DNA of 41,619 nucleotides from a bacterium (GCA_041640655.1 JBEPZV010000020.1:781-42399); one strand, 5' to 3'. Shown: positions 27,587 through 36,994, counted from the stretch's first letter. Made by a program: numbers and translations. Notes: generated by a model not told the origin, from the letters alone.

Positions 27587-28603
27587 ATGCGATGCACCAG
27601 ATGTGGCCTCATCGCGCTTCTGCTTGCGCTCAGCAGCGCGTGGGCGCAGAGCGGGCGACGCCTGCCAGTCGAAAAGCCCAAGGAGGCGAAAGAGTCCGAG
27701 GAGATGGCGATCACTTTGGAGGCGACCGAGGTGATCGTCCCCGTGACCGTGCGCGACCGATACGGGCATTTGATCCGAGGGCTCAGTCGGTATGACTTCG
27801 CCATCTACGAAGATGGCGTGCGGCAGGAGATCACGGATTTCTCCGTGGGCACGGTGCCGGTGAACGTCGTCCTGCTCATTGATGTCTCCGGGAGCGTCGC
27901 CACGGAGATCAACGATATTCGCCTCTCGGCCCTCGCTTTCCTCGAAGCCTTGGGGCCGAAGGACCGCGTGGCGATCATCCGCTTCAATCACAAGGTCGAG
28001 GAGGTGCTCGATTGGGAGATGGATAAGCGTCGCGTGCAGCGCGCGCTCTTTCAATTGCCGGCCGTCGGGAACACCGCCTTCTATAAGGCGCTCTACGTGG
28101 CCGCGAACAAATTGCGGGCGGTCGAAGGACGACGCGCCATCCTCCTGTTCACCGATGGGGTGGATACCTACGAGGGGCCGGATCAGAAGACTTTCGAAGA
28201 AGCGCTGGAGGCCGTGCGGCGGGCCGACGTCATCGTCTATGTGATCAGCAAGACCAAGGCCATTCGCGCCTTCTTGAAAGGCGAACGCTCGCCGTTCATC
28301 TTCCGGCCGCTTGATCCGAGCGATCCGTACATTCAGCTGTATCTGCGGGTGCTCGATCGGGCGGAGGAGCAGCTCATTGAGCTGGCGGAGAAGACGGGTG
28401 GACGGATCTACTTCCCTCTGGATCAATCCGAGCTGAAGGAGGCGTACGGGCAAATCGCCGAGGAATTGAGCACGCAGTACATCCTGCGCTATGTGCCGAA
28501 GAACACGGCGCGTGATGGGCGCTTTCGACGCATCCGCGTGATGACGGGGAATCCGGCCTATATCGCGATCGCTCGGGAGGGATATTATGCCCCTCGCCAG
28601 TAG
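27587..28603 (+). CDS. VWA-domain protein, acidobacterial type, signal peptide
   Basis: VPVTVRDRYG, F.IYEDGVRQEI, MIDAS DVSGS, LFTDGVD, LAEKTGG, QYILRY.P and DGRFRRIRV. Confidence 0.88.
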   Translation: MRCTRCGLIALLLALSSAWAQSGRRLPVEKPKEAKESEEMAITLEATEVIVPVTVRDRYGHLIRGLSRYDFAIYEDGVRQEITDFSVGTVPVNVVLLIDVSGSVATEINDIRLSALAFLEALGPKDRVAIIRFNHKVEEVLDWEMDKRRVQRALFQLPAVGNTAFYKALYVAANKLRAVEGRRAILLFTDGVDTYEGPDQKTFEEALEAVRRADVIVYVISKTKAIRAFLKGERSPFIFRPLDPSDPYIQLYLRVLDRAEEQLIELAEKTGGRIYFPLDQSELKEAYGQIAEELSTQYILRYVPKNTARDGRFRRIRVMTGNPAYIAIAREGYYAPRQ

Positions 28604-29384
28604 CGGTCTGCTCGAGTTCGCGATCGAGACGGCTCGCGAAGCCGGAGCGCTCCTTCGCGACCACTTCGGGCGCACGAAGGAAGTCACTTATAAGTCGAGC
28701 ACCATTGACCTGGTGACCAACGTGGATGTGCTCTCGGAGACGCTCATCAAAGAGCGGATCGCCGCCCACTACCCTCGGCACGCGATCCTGGCCGAGGAGA
28801 GCGGTCATCAGGCGGGCGCCTCCGAATATCGCTGGCTCATTGATCCCCTGGATGGGACGACCAACTACGCGCATGGCTATCCGTTCTTCTGCGTCACGTT
28901 GGCATTGGAATACCGGGGGGAGATCATTCTGGGCGTCGCGTATGATCCGCTGCGGGAGGAGTTGTTCGTCGCCGAGCGCGGCGCCGGCGCGACACTCAAC
29001 GGTCGCCCCATTCGTGTCTCGCGGACGGAGACCCTCGCTCAGGGATTGCTCGCTACGGGATTCCCCTATACCATCCGAAGCCAGCCCGATGAGAGTCTGG
29101 ACTATTTCGCGCGGTTCGTGAAGACGGCGCAGGCGATCCGACGCGATGGATCGGCCGTGCTCGACCTCTGCTATCTGGCTTGTGGGCGTTTCGACGGATT
29201 CTGGGAGTTGGGGTTGAAACCGTGGGATATGGCGGCCGGCGCCTTAATGGTCGAGGAAGCCGGAGGACGCGTCACGCGCTTTGATGGGAGCCGATTTCGG
29301 CTCGATGAGCCACAGATCCTGGCCAGCAACGGCCTCATTCACGAGGAGATGATCGCCGTCTTGACCGGAGGACGCTCGGTATGA
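28587..29384 (+). CDS. suhB: Inositol monophosphatase family protein
   Basis: DLVT..D, AEE, WLIDPLDGTTNYAHG, GSAVLDL and WDMAAG. Confidence 0.92.
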   Translation: MPLASSGLLEFAIETAREAGALLRDHFGRTKEVTYKSSTIDLVTNVDVLSETLIKERIAAHYPRHAILAEESGHQAGASEYRWLIDPLDGTTNYAHGYPFFCVTLALEYRGEIILGVAYDPLREELFVAERGAGATLNGRPIRVSRTETLAQGLLATGFPYTIRSQPDESLDYFARFVKTAQAIRRDGSAVLDLCYLACGRFDGFWELGLKPWDMAAGALMVEEAGGRVTRFDGSRFRLDEPQILASNGLIHEEMIAVLTGGRSV

Positions 29385-29614
29385 CGCGACGCTGTTCGCT
29401 CTGCCAACAGGAGATCACCCTCGTGGTCTCCGATCGCCAGCTCCCGGAGAGTCTGCGCCAGAGGCTCTCGCACGCTGAGATCGTGTGCGCGGCCTGTGTC
29501 CGCCGACTGGGCCAACATCCGGAGGATCTGTATGTGGTCCTGCTCGGGGCTTACTATCGGAGGATCGGAAACGCGCATGTGAAGGTCGCGCCCGTCGGAG
29601 CCTTTCACGGGTGA
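29381..29614 (+). CDS. Small putative zinc-binding protein
   Basis: CSLC...CAAC pairs; ATGA overlap with the suhB stop. Confidence 0.65.
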   Translation: MTRRCSLCQQEITLVVSDRQLPESLRQRLSHAEIVCAACVRRLGQHPEDLYVVLLGAYYRRIGNAHVKVAPVGAFHG

Positions 29615-29636
29615 ACGACCCATCAGGAAAAAAACC

Positions 29637-29665
29637 TTGCCGAGAATGAAAGAATGGGATATACT
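29637..29665 (+). promoter_or_regulatory. Sigma70 promoter for the small membrane ORF
   Basis: TTGCCG-N17-TATACT preceded by an A-tract (possible UP element). Confidence 0.7.
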
Positions 29666-29712
29666 GGGGTGCTTCGAAATGCGGTGGATTTTCCGTGCGG
29701 GAGGAAGAAGCA

Positions 29713-29925
29713 ATGACGAGAGGGCTGGCTGCGGCGATCCTGGGAGGAGCATCGGTCATCCTCGGCTTCGCTACGGCGGTGCCACACGTTATCGTCATGC
29801 TCGTCGCCTTGATCTTCGTTCAATCGCCTGCCCTTTTGAATATCGCCGTTTTCGCGGGAGCCGTTCTCATCAGCCTTTTGGCTCAGACCTTGAGCGTGCA
29901 ACAGATTCTCATCCTCACGTTTTGA
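29713..29925 (+). CDS. Small hydrophobic membrane protein (70 aa)
   Basis: MTRGLAAAILGGASVILGF...ILILTF, almost uncharged; GGAGG SD and its own promoter upstream. Confidence 0.6.
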   Translation: MTRGLAAAILGGASVILGFATAVPHVIVMLVALIFVQSPALLNIAVFAGAVLISLLAQTLSVQQILILTF

Positions 29926-29930
29926 GCGGC

Positions 29931-30689
29931 TCACCGATGGCGTACGTGAATGCGGCCGGAATGAGTTCGGAGTTTGAGGAGGGCGCTGCCGGTCCGAGCG
30001 ATCCCTTGCAGATGTGAGGGGGTCTGCGAGCGGCTCTGCAAGCGAAGGCCTTCCGTCTCAATGCGCCCTTCGTGTGTGGCCGCATCGAGGGTGAAGGAAC
30101 TCGCCTCCGGGAGGAGGAGTTCGATCGTCCCCGCGCCGGAGTAGAAGGTATAGGTCCCTCGCTCCTGCAACTTCCCGGAGAAGAGGATGCGTCCTGCGGT
30201 GACGTTCATGGCATCAATATTCGGCGAGGCGACGTCCACCAGCTCGATGTCTCCCTCCATCGAGGAGAGCTTCAAATGGCCGCGCACTCCGCGGATGGTG
30301 ATCTTGCCTCCGATGGTCGAGGCTTCGACGGCGCATTCGACGGGGACCTTCACGTCAATGTCCACGGCGTCCGAGCCGGTGGCGCGACGCTTGGGAACGC
30401 TCACGGTGAGGATGTCGTTGGAGAAGCGAGCGTCCACGGGCGCGGTCGCGGTGAGGTGAATCTCCCGCCGCTCCCAGGCCTGGACGGAGATGTTCCCGCG
30501 AAGCGAAGAGTTCACCAAGATCACTCCCGGGGAGCGACCGACTGAGAAGGTCCTCACGAGGCGACGAGGCGGTGAAGCGCCCATGCGCGCTTGCGCGGAG
30601 ATCGTGAAGGGGGAGGTGAGCCCCTCAAGGAGCCCGACAAGACTGAGCGTCAGAATCGCGATTCTCCTTGAACGCATACCTCGGCTCAT
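29931..30689 (-). CDS. DUF4097-like beta-strand-repeat exported protein
   Basis: Signal peptide; repeated S/T-x-x-G-x-I units (GNISV, STIGGKITI, SMEGDIEL, THEGRI, THSGRIHV). Confidence 0.75.
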   Translation of the reverse strand: MSRGMRSRRIAILTLSLVGLLEGLTSPFTISAQARMGASPPRRLVRTFSVGRSPGVILVNSSLRGNISVQAWERREIHLTATAPVDARFSNDILTVSVPKRRATGSDAVDIDVKVPVECAVEASTIGGKITIRGVRGHLKLSSMEGDIELVDVASPNIDAMNVTAGRILFSGKLQERGTYTFYSGAGTIELLLPEASSFTLDAATHEGRIETEGLRLQSRSQTPSHLQGIARTGSALLKLRTHSGRIHVRHR

Positions 30690-30713
30690 CGCTGGAGAGA
30701 GCGCTGCGACGCG

Positions 30714-31397
30714 CTACAGCTCGGAGAATCGCTTGAGCACCTCGAGCTTGGCCTTCAACGCGGCGAAGTAGAGTTCCCGAAGGCCCGCGTCTTCGGGATT
30801 GCGCTCCAACTCTTGACGACAATGTGCCAGGGAGCGCTCGACCACTTCCAGGGAACGCCGGAAACAGGCCTCCGTCTCAGCATCCCAGAGCGGACGTCGC
30901 TGCCGAATGTGTCGCTCCAGGGCTTCGATCCGCTGCTCGACGATCTCCCGGTCAATCGTAGGCTTATGGGCGAGGATGAGTCCGGTCGGCTGAATCTCCA
31001 AAAGTGCGGGAGAGAGCACGTTCCATTGCGCAGCAGCCGGAAGCGAAGCTTCCTGAGACTCCGGCCCGAGGGAACGGAATCGAAGGAGCGCTCCGGCGAG
31101 CACGGCGATCATCAGAGCGGCTGCCATCGCGAAGGCTGGCCGCATTCGGAATCGGCGGACCTTCGTTGAGGGCGCCGTCTCGGCCGCGATCGCTGCGGCG
31201 ATCCGCTCCCACAGCCGGGGACTCGGCTCATAGTCAGGGAGCTCGCGGCTGAGCCGACAGATGAAGATCAAGTCCTCGCATATCGTCCGGCAGCTCCGAC
31301 ATTCCCGCAAATGCCGTTCGAGCTCAAGGCGCTCGCGCTCTGAGAGCAGACCATCAATGTAGTCGGAGAGCCGATCTCGATGTTTCGCGCAGGACAT
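30714..31397 (-). CDS. Zinc-binding (ZAS/zf-HC2) membrane anti-sigma factor
   Basis: MSC...LSDYIDG.L...HLRECRSC (HxxxCxxC), PSPRLWERI and one transmembrane segment; 3 bp downstream of the ECF sigma gene. Confidence 0.88.
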   Translation of the reverse strand: MSCAKHRDRLSDYIDGLLSERERLELERHLRECRSCRTICEDLIFICRLSRELPDYEPSPRLWERIAAAIAAETAPSTKVRRFRMRPAFAMAAALMIAVLAGALLRFRSLGPESQEASLPAAAQWNVLSPALLEIQPTGLILAHKPTIDREIVEQRIEALERHIRQRRPLWDAETEACFRRSLEVVERSLAHCRQELERNPEDAGLRELYFAALKAKLEVLKRFSEL

Positions 31398-31400
31398 AGC

Positions 31401-31949
31401 TCATCCCCCTCCTCGTAAGAGATGTCGAAGTTTCAAGCGCGCCTTATGAAGCTGCGATTTCGACGTCCCCACGCTACATCCGAGCATGGCCGCGATCTCC
31501 TCATGCTCGTAGCCCTCGACGTCATGCAGGAGGAAGACGAGGCGGTATCCGGGCGGCAGTTTCCGGATCGCTTGTTCGAGGGCGATGCGATCGAGCATCG
31601 GCAGAGGACGCGGCCGCGCGACCTCGCTCATGTCTCCCTCTTCGGTCGTCTCCTCCAGCCGAACTCCTTGCTTGCGCCAGTGCATCAAGACCTGGTTCAC
31701 GACGAGCCGATGGAGCCATGTCGTGAACGCCGCCTCTCCACGAAAGGTCCCGATCTTGCGGAACACCTGCAGGAACACCTCCTGCGTCATGTCCTCCGCA
31801 TCCGTCGCATTTCCCAGCATCCGCAAGCACAACGAATACACGCGACGCCGATGCAGTTCGTATAAGCGCTCAAACGCCGCTACATCTCCCGCCGCCGATT
31901 GAACGGCGAGCTCGAGATCGGTGAAGCTGTCTGCTGTCTTCGTCGTCAC
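31401..31949 (-). CDS. ECF RNA polymerase sigma factor
   Basis: [53 protein letters not shown] and [11 protein letters not shown]. Start GTG 31949 (GGAGAG SD) or ATG 31982. Confidence 0.93.
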   Translation of the reverse strand: MTTKTADSFTDLELAVQSAAGDVAAFERLYELHRRRVYSLCLRMLGNATDAEDMTQEVFLQVFRKIGTFRGEAAFTTWLHRLVVNQVLMHWRKQGVRLEETTEEGDMSEVARPRPLPMLDRIALEQAIRKLPPGYRLVFLLHDVEGYEHEEIAAMLGCSVGTSKSQLHKARLKLRHLLRGGG

Positions 31950-32028
31950 CGCTCTCCACTCATCACATCGCAGCGGACGCATCCCGATCTCGCCTACTGC
32001 GATGCGTCGTCCCCTGATGGCGTTGCTC

Positions 32029-32057
32029 ATTATACCCCGTCTTGGTCTCACCTGAAA
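32029..32057 (-). promoter_or_regulatory. Putative sigma70 promoter of the ECF operon
   Basis: Minus strand TTTCAG-N17-TATAAT; perfect -10, weak -35. Confidence 0.5.
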
Positions 32058-32122
32058 GGCCGATCTCTTCCCTCGACCTCAAGCCGAGAATGAAGGTGGT
32101 TCCGGGGAAGGGATCGTGTCGT

Positions 32123-32151
32123 GGAAACGGCGTAAGGTGTAACGCGTTTTC
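32123..32151. promoter_or_regulatory. Symmetric ECF-type promoter-like element or operator
   Basis: Plus strand GGAAAC-N16-CGTT; minus strand GAAAAC-N16-CGTT. Confidence 0.4.
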
Positions 32152-32195
32152 GAGTGGTCGGGCGCATTTTTTAGGGGGGGGGGATTGAAAAGTCG

Positions 32196-32224
32196 TTGCC
32201 TTTTGAGGGGCGTGTAAGTATAAT
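32196..32224 (+). promoter_or_regulatory. Sigma70 promoter of the RpoD-like sigma gene
   Basis: TTGCCT(32196-32201)-N17-TATAAT(32219-32224). Confidence 0.8.
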
Positions 32225-32318
32225 AAGCCGCTCGGCTTTCTGGAGGTCCGCTCGGGCGTTGAGGTCGTGAGGTCCGAAGCGATGCGCGTGAGGGAATCCC
32301 ACCTGGAGGCGCCAGCCT

Positions 32319-33989
32319 ATGCGATACCGGGATACGATGAATGAGGAGATCCGCGTTTTTGGGGGGTCAGAGGGAGAGTTGGTCCCCGTTTTCCTCGAAG
32401 AGGAGGCCTTCCGAGTGGTTCTCGGTTCACGGCGGGTAGCCTTGGAATGTGGAGAAGAGGGCGAGGGGATCGAATGGGCGGAGGAGGAGCGGCCGAGGAG
32501 CGAGGAGCTGGAAGCCGAACTGGTCGGAGGCGACTCGGAGGACGGGGGGACCGATCCTTTGCGGCTGTATTTTCGGGAGATGAGTGCGGTTCCGTTGTTG
32601 ACGCGGGAGGATGAGGTCCGGTTGGCGCGGCAGATCGAGCGTGGGCGGAATCAGGTGCTCAAGGCCCTCTTCCGCGTCCCATTCATTGTTCGACGGATCG
32701 TGCACTTGCGGGAGGAGCTTCAGCGCGGGCGACGGCTCTCGGAGGTGATCGTCCTGGCTGAGCCGGATGTCGGAGACGAGGAGGAGCAGGTGGAGCGCCT
32801 GTTGGCTCCAGTGATGGCGTGGCTCGATGAGGTGGCGCGGTTGGCGGATCGCGTCATTCGCCTGCAAGAGCGAGTCCGACGGCGGGCGTCGAAAGGGGCG
32901 CGTCGTCGCCGATGGTCGGCAGAGCAGTGGGCGCTACTCCGCGCTCGTGTGGCGCTGGAATGGCTCTTGCGGGGAAGAGGCTTGGGGCGCACCTTTCGGG
33001 TCGAGTTCACGGCGCGGTTTCTCGACGAGCTGGTCGCTTCCGTTCGGGAGGCGGCGCATGCTGTGGGTCGCGCGGCGGCGGCTGTGCGCGCCCTGGAGGA
33101 CGCCCTGGGGCGAACGCGCTCGTGCGCGCGCCGGGCCTCGCTGCAGCGGCAGGTGCGTCGGGCGCGTCAGCAGCTTCGTGCGCTCGAGCAGCAGTATGGT
33201 CTCTCGGCGCGCGAACTGGGACGCCTCTGCGAGCGGATCGAGCGGGGGGAGCGCGAGGCCGATCACGCGCGTCAGCGGATGATCGAGGCGAATTTGCGCC
33301 TGGTCGTTTCGATCGCGAAGCGCCATGTGAATCGGGGCTTGCCGTTCCTCGATCTGATCCAGGAGGGGAACATCGGGCTGATGCGCGCCGTGGAGAAATT
33401 CGATTGGCGGCGCGGGTACAAGTTCTCCACCTATGCGACGTGGTGGATCCGGCAGGCGATGGCGCGGGCGATCGCCGATCACGCGCGTACGATTCGCATT
33501 CCGGTTCATATGATCGAGGCGCTGCACCGGATGGCGCGCACGTCGCGACAGTTGGTGCAGGAGCTGGGACGGGAACCGACGCCGGAGGAGATCGCTGGGC
33601 GTTTGGGGGTGCCCGTGGCCAAGGTCACGCAGATGCTCCGGATCGTTCAGGAGCCGCTCTCATTGGAGGCGCCCGTTGGGGATGATGAGGGAGCCAGCCT
33701 CGGACATTTCATCGAAGATCGGACGATTCGGAGTCCGATCGAGGATGTGCTGGCGGCTGATCGCCAGCGGGTGACCGAGGAGGCATTGCGCTCGCTCTCG
33801 GAGCGGGAGGCGACGATTTTGCGGATGCGCTTCGGGCTTCCGCCGTACGATCAGGAATATACGTTGGAGGAGATCGGGCAGAAGCTGCGCGTCACGCGCG
33901 AGCGAATTCGCCAGATCGAAGCCAAGGCCATCAAGAAGCTCCGACATCCCTCGCGGGCGCACGCGTTGCGCCCGTTCGCGAGTCCGTGA
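32319..33989 (+). CDS. RpoD-like sigma70 factor (probable group 2 or paralogue)
   Basis: Region 1.2 [20 protein letters not shown]; region 2 [43 protein letters not shown]; region 4 [19 protein letters not shown]; no recognisable region 1.1. Confidence 0.9.
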   Translation: MRYRDTMNEEIRVFGGSEGELVPVFLEEEAFRVVLGSRRVALECGEEGEGIEWAEEERPRSEELEAELVGGDSEDGGTDPLRLYFREMSAVPLLTREDEVRLARQIERGRNQVLKALFRVPFIVRRIVHLREELQRGRRLSEVIVLAEPDVGDEEEQVERLLAPVMAWLDEVARLADRVIRLQERVRRRASKGARRRRWSAEQWALLRARVALEWLLRGRGLGRTFRVEFTARFLDELVASVREAAHAVGRAAAAVRALEDALGRTRSCARRASLQRQVRRARQQLRALEQQYGLSARELGRLCERIERGEREADHARQRMIEANLRLVVSIAKRHVNRGLPFLDLIQEGNIGLMRAVEKFDWRRGYKFSTYATWWIRQAMARAIADHARTIRIPVHMIEALHRMARTSRQLVQELGREPTPEEIAGRLGVPVAKVTQMLRIVQEPLSLEAPVGDDEGASLGHFIEDRTIRSPIEDVLAADRQRVTEEALRSLSEREATILRMRFGLPPYDQEYTLEEIGQKLRVTRERIRQIEAKAIKKLRHPSRAHALRPFASP

Positions 33990-34183
33990 GCGCGGGGAGT
34001 CCTGGTGGGAACTCGGTCTCGGGGAGGGATCGGGTTTCTTTTCCGCTCGCCCTCGGAAGTGGCCGCATGCGAAAGGAGCTATTCCTCACGCCGCGAGCGC
34101 GCGCTACAATGGAAAGGCGCTTGAAGAGCGTTCTCCCCGCTGGGATGATGGTCGGGGAGAATCGTCCGTGAGGGGGGAGCACG

Positions 34184-34843
34184 ATGGAACTCCTGATCGA
34201 GAGCGCGGCGAAACTGCTCATCGCGGCGGTCCTCGGTGGCGTGATCGGACTGGAGCGGGAGTTGAGTCGCAAGCCGGCCGGATTGCGGACGAATTTACTG
34301 ATCTGCATGGGATCAGCGCTGCTGATGATCCTCTCGATCGCGATCGCAGACGAGGGGGCGAGTGGCGATCCCGGGCGCATCGCGGCGCAGGTCGTGACCG
34401 GAATCGGCTTCCTCGGAGCCGGCGCGATCGTTCAAAGCCGCGGTTCCGTTTATGGCTTGACGACCGGGGCCACGATCTTCACCGTGGCGGCGATTGGTCT
34501 GGCCGTGGGTGGGGGATACTATCTGCCCGCGCTTCTGGCGACGGCGATCGTCATCCTCTCGCTGTTCGTCCTGGGGAGGATCGAGAAGCGAATGCTCGCG
34601 GGCGCCCGTCCCCTCTACGAATATCTCATCGAGACGGACGATGCGCCCCTGGCGCTCGCGCGGCTCATGGAGGTCCTGCGCGCGCATGGGGTGGAGATGG
34701 AGGGGGTATCCGTCGAGAAGACGGGCGAAGGGGCGAAGATCTGGTTCGGCCTCTCCGCCTCGCCAGAGGCGAACGAACAGTTGTTGCGGGCGTTGCTGAC
34801 GATCCCCGGGCGGGTGCGTGTCGAGCTTCCGCGAGAGGGATGA
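34184..34843 (+). CDS. mgtC: MgtC/SapB family membrane protein with C-terminal ACT-like domain
   Basis: IGLERE..KPAGLRT, DPGRIAAQVVTGIGFLGAG and GLTTGATI. Confidence 0.9.
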   Translation: MELLIESAAKLLIAAVLGGVIGLERELSRKPAGLRTNLLICMGSALLMILSIAIADEGASGDPGRIAAQVVTGIGFLGAGAIVQSRGSVYGLTTGATIFTVAAIGLAVGGGYYLPALLATAIVILSLFVLGRIEKRMLAGARPLYEYLIETDDAPLALARLMEVLRAHGVEMEGVSVEKTGEGAKIWFGLSASPEANEQLLRALLTIPGRVRVELPREG

Positions 34844-34844
34844 G

Positions 34845-36227
34845 ATGGTAGCGATGGCGTCCGCGCGCGCGATCTATCTGGCGGATTGGGTCCTGCCGAT
34901 CGTGAGGCCGCCGTTTCGCCGAGGGGGGATCGTGGTGGAAGGGGAGCGAATTGTGGCTGTCGGCGGCGAAGCGGAGTTGCGCGCTCAGTTCCCGGACGCC
35001 CCGGTGCGCGATTTCGGAGAAGCGGCACTTCTGCCCGGTTTGGTGAACGCACATGCCCATCTGGAATTGACGGCCTTGCGGGGGATGCTGGAGGACCTTC
35101 CGTTCGTGACGTGGCTGGCCACGCTCACGCGATTGCGGGAGGGACTCTCGGCCGAGGAGCTTCGGGAGAGCGCGCGGGCGGGGATCATCGAGGCTATTCG
35201 GAGTGGGCAGACGACGATCGCGGATGTGGGGGCCACGACGGCGGGATTCGACGCCCTGTGCGAGAGCGGCGCGCGCGGCGTCTTCTTCCACGAAGTCTTC
35301 GGCGTGCGCCCCGAGGAGGCGGAGGAGAACCTGCGCGGGCTCGCGCAGCGGATCGCGGCATTGCGCGCGCGATCGGATGTGGGGTCACGCGTGCGGGTGG
35401 GCGTCTCGCCGCATGCGCCCTATTCGGTCTCGGCGCCACTGTTTCGCCGCACGGTGGACTACGCGCGGGCGGATGCGCTACCGCTTTGCGTGCATATTGC
35501 GGAGTCTCACGCGGAGGTGGAGCTGGTGCGGCGAGGACAAGGGGAGTTCGCCCGGATCTACGAACGGCGCGGCCTCACCTGGCGGGCGCCTCAGGTCTCG
35601 CCCATCCGATACCTGCACGATCTCGGCGTGCTCGCAGCGCGTCCCCTGCTCATTCATGGCGTGCACGTGGATGAGGAGGACATGGGGCTCATCGCGCAGA
35701 GCGGTTCGACGATCGCGCACTGTCCGAAGTCGAACGCGAAGCTCGGACAGGGTATCGCCCCACTCCCCGAATGGTTGCGCGCGGGGATCGCCGTGGGGGT
35801 GGGGACGGACAGCGTGGCGAGCAATAACGCCTGCGATCTCCTGGAGGAGGCGCGATTCGCGCTGTTGCTGCAACGCGCCCGTCACGCATCGCCGACGCTC
35901 TTGAATGCTGAGACCATGCTGCTGCTGCTGACATTTGGGGGCGCGCGCGCGCTCGGGTTGGAGGCGCACATCGGGACGTTGGAGCCGGGCAAGGCGGCCG
36001 ATTTCATCGTCGTCGCGCTCTCGGGAGCGCACGTGCAGCCGGTGGACGATCCGACGGCAGCGCTCATCTTCTCCGCGCGGGGGAACGATGTGCGCTTCAC
36101 GGCAGTAGGCGGGCGCGTGCTCTTTGATGGCCAGTCCGTCACGACGCTCGATGAGGAGCGCGTGCGCGCGCGGCTTCGGGAGATTCGCGCGCGCCTGCGT
36201 TCGCTCCTCACCCGCGCCTCGGGGTGA
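34845..36227 (+). CDS. Amidohydrolase, MtaD/nucleoside-deaminase-like
   Basis: PGLVNAHAHLE, SPHAPYSVS, HIAES..E, HCPKSNAKL, GTDSVASN and GKAADF. Confidence 0.85.
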   Translation: MVAMASARAIYLADWVLPIVRPPFRRGGIVVEGERIVAVGGEAELRAQFPDAPVRDFGEAALLPGLVNAHAHLELTALRGMLEDLPFVTWLATLTRLREGLSAEELRESARAGIIEAIRSGQTTIADVGATTAGFDALCESGARGVFFHEVFGVRPEEAEENLRGLAQRIAALRARSDVGSRVRVGVSPHAPYSVSAPLFRRTVDYARADALPLCVHIAESHAEVELVRRGQGEFARIYERRGLTWRAPQVSPIRYLHDLGVLAARPLLIHGVHVDEEDMGLIAQSGSTIAHCPKSNAKLGQGIAPLPEWLRAGIAVGVGTDSVASNNACDLLEEARFALLLQRARHASPTLLNAETMLLLLTFGGARALGLEAHIGTLEPGKAADFIVVALSGAHVQPVDDPTAALIFSARGNDVRFTAVGGRVLFDGQSVTTLDEERVRARLREIRARLRSLLTRASG

Positions 36228-36237
36228 GCGACCGCAT

Positions 36238-36266
36238 TTGATTCCCGCCCGCGCTTCCGCTACAGT
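36238..36266 (+). promoter_or_regulatory. Putative sigma70 promoter for the transaldolase gene
   Basis: TTGATT-N17-TACAGT; SD AGGAGG before ATG 36314. Confidence 0.6.
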
Positions 36267-36313
36267 GTAAGGGCTCGGAAAGGCGGCGGGAGTTCAACGA
36301 CAGGAGGGCGGCG

Positions 36314-36976
36314 ATGAAGTTCTTTCTGGATACGGCCAATCTCGCGGAGATTCGCGAAGCGGTCTCCTGGGGGGTCATTGATGGAGTGACGACGAATCCG
36401 AGCCTCATGGCGAAAGAGGGCGTGGCGGACCCGCGCGCGCACCTGCGTCAGATTTGCGAGTTGGTGCGTGGGCCGGTGAGCGCCGAGGTCGTCAGCACGA
36501 CGGCGCCGGAGATGATCGCGGAGGCGCGCGAGCTGGCGCGCTTGCATCCGAACATCATGGTGAAGATCCCCTGTCTGGTCGAAGGACTCAAGGCCATTCG
36601 CGTCCTCGCTCAAGAAGGCATCGCCATCAATACGACGCTCGTCTTCACGGTGCCGCAGGCGATGCTGGCGGCGAAAGCGGGGGCGACCGTCGTCAGCCCC
36701 TTCGTCGGGCGATTGGACGACATCGGTCATTCGGGCATGGAGCTGATCGAGCAGATCCGCCAGGTCTTCGATAACTACGGACTCGAGACGCGTATCCTCG
36801 TCGCCAGCATCCGGCACCCGATGCACGTCGTGCAGGCGGCGCTCATCGGCGCGGACATCGCCACGATGCCCTTCAAGGTCCTGGAACAGCTCATCAAGCA
36901 TCCGCTCACGGATCTCGGTCTGGAGCGATTCCTCAAGGATTGGGAGCGCGCCTATAAGCCGGTGAGCCGGAGCTGA
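36314..36976 (+). CDS. tal: Transaldolase / fructose-6-phosphate aldolase family (short type)
   Basis: [20 protein letters not shown] (Schiff-base Lys), SPFVGRLDD and ASIRHP. Phe in SPF favours transaldolase over FSA. Confidence 0.9.
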   Translation: MKFFLDTANLAEIREAVSWGVIDGVTTNPSLMAKEGVADPRAHLRQICELVRGPVSAEVVSTTAPEMIAEARELARLHPNIMVKIPCLVEGLKAIRVLAQEGIAINTTLVFTVPQAMLAAKAGATVVSPFVGRLDDIGHSGMELIEQIRQVFDNYGLETRILVASIRHPMHVVQAALIGADIATMPFKVLEQLIKHPLTDLGLERFLKDWERAYKPVSRS

Positions 36977-36994
36977 TCGAGGCGGAGTGGACGC

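Noticed and set aside
29623..29934. Minus-strand 103-aa acidic ORF
   Set aside because: It has the typical antisense pattern of the hydrophobic plus-strand ORF, which is the one with a promoter and SD.
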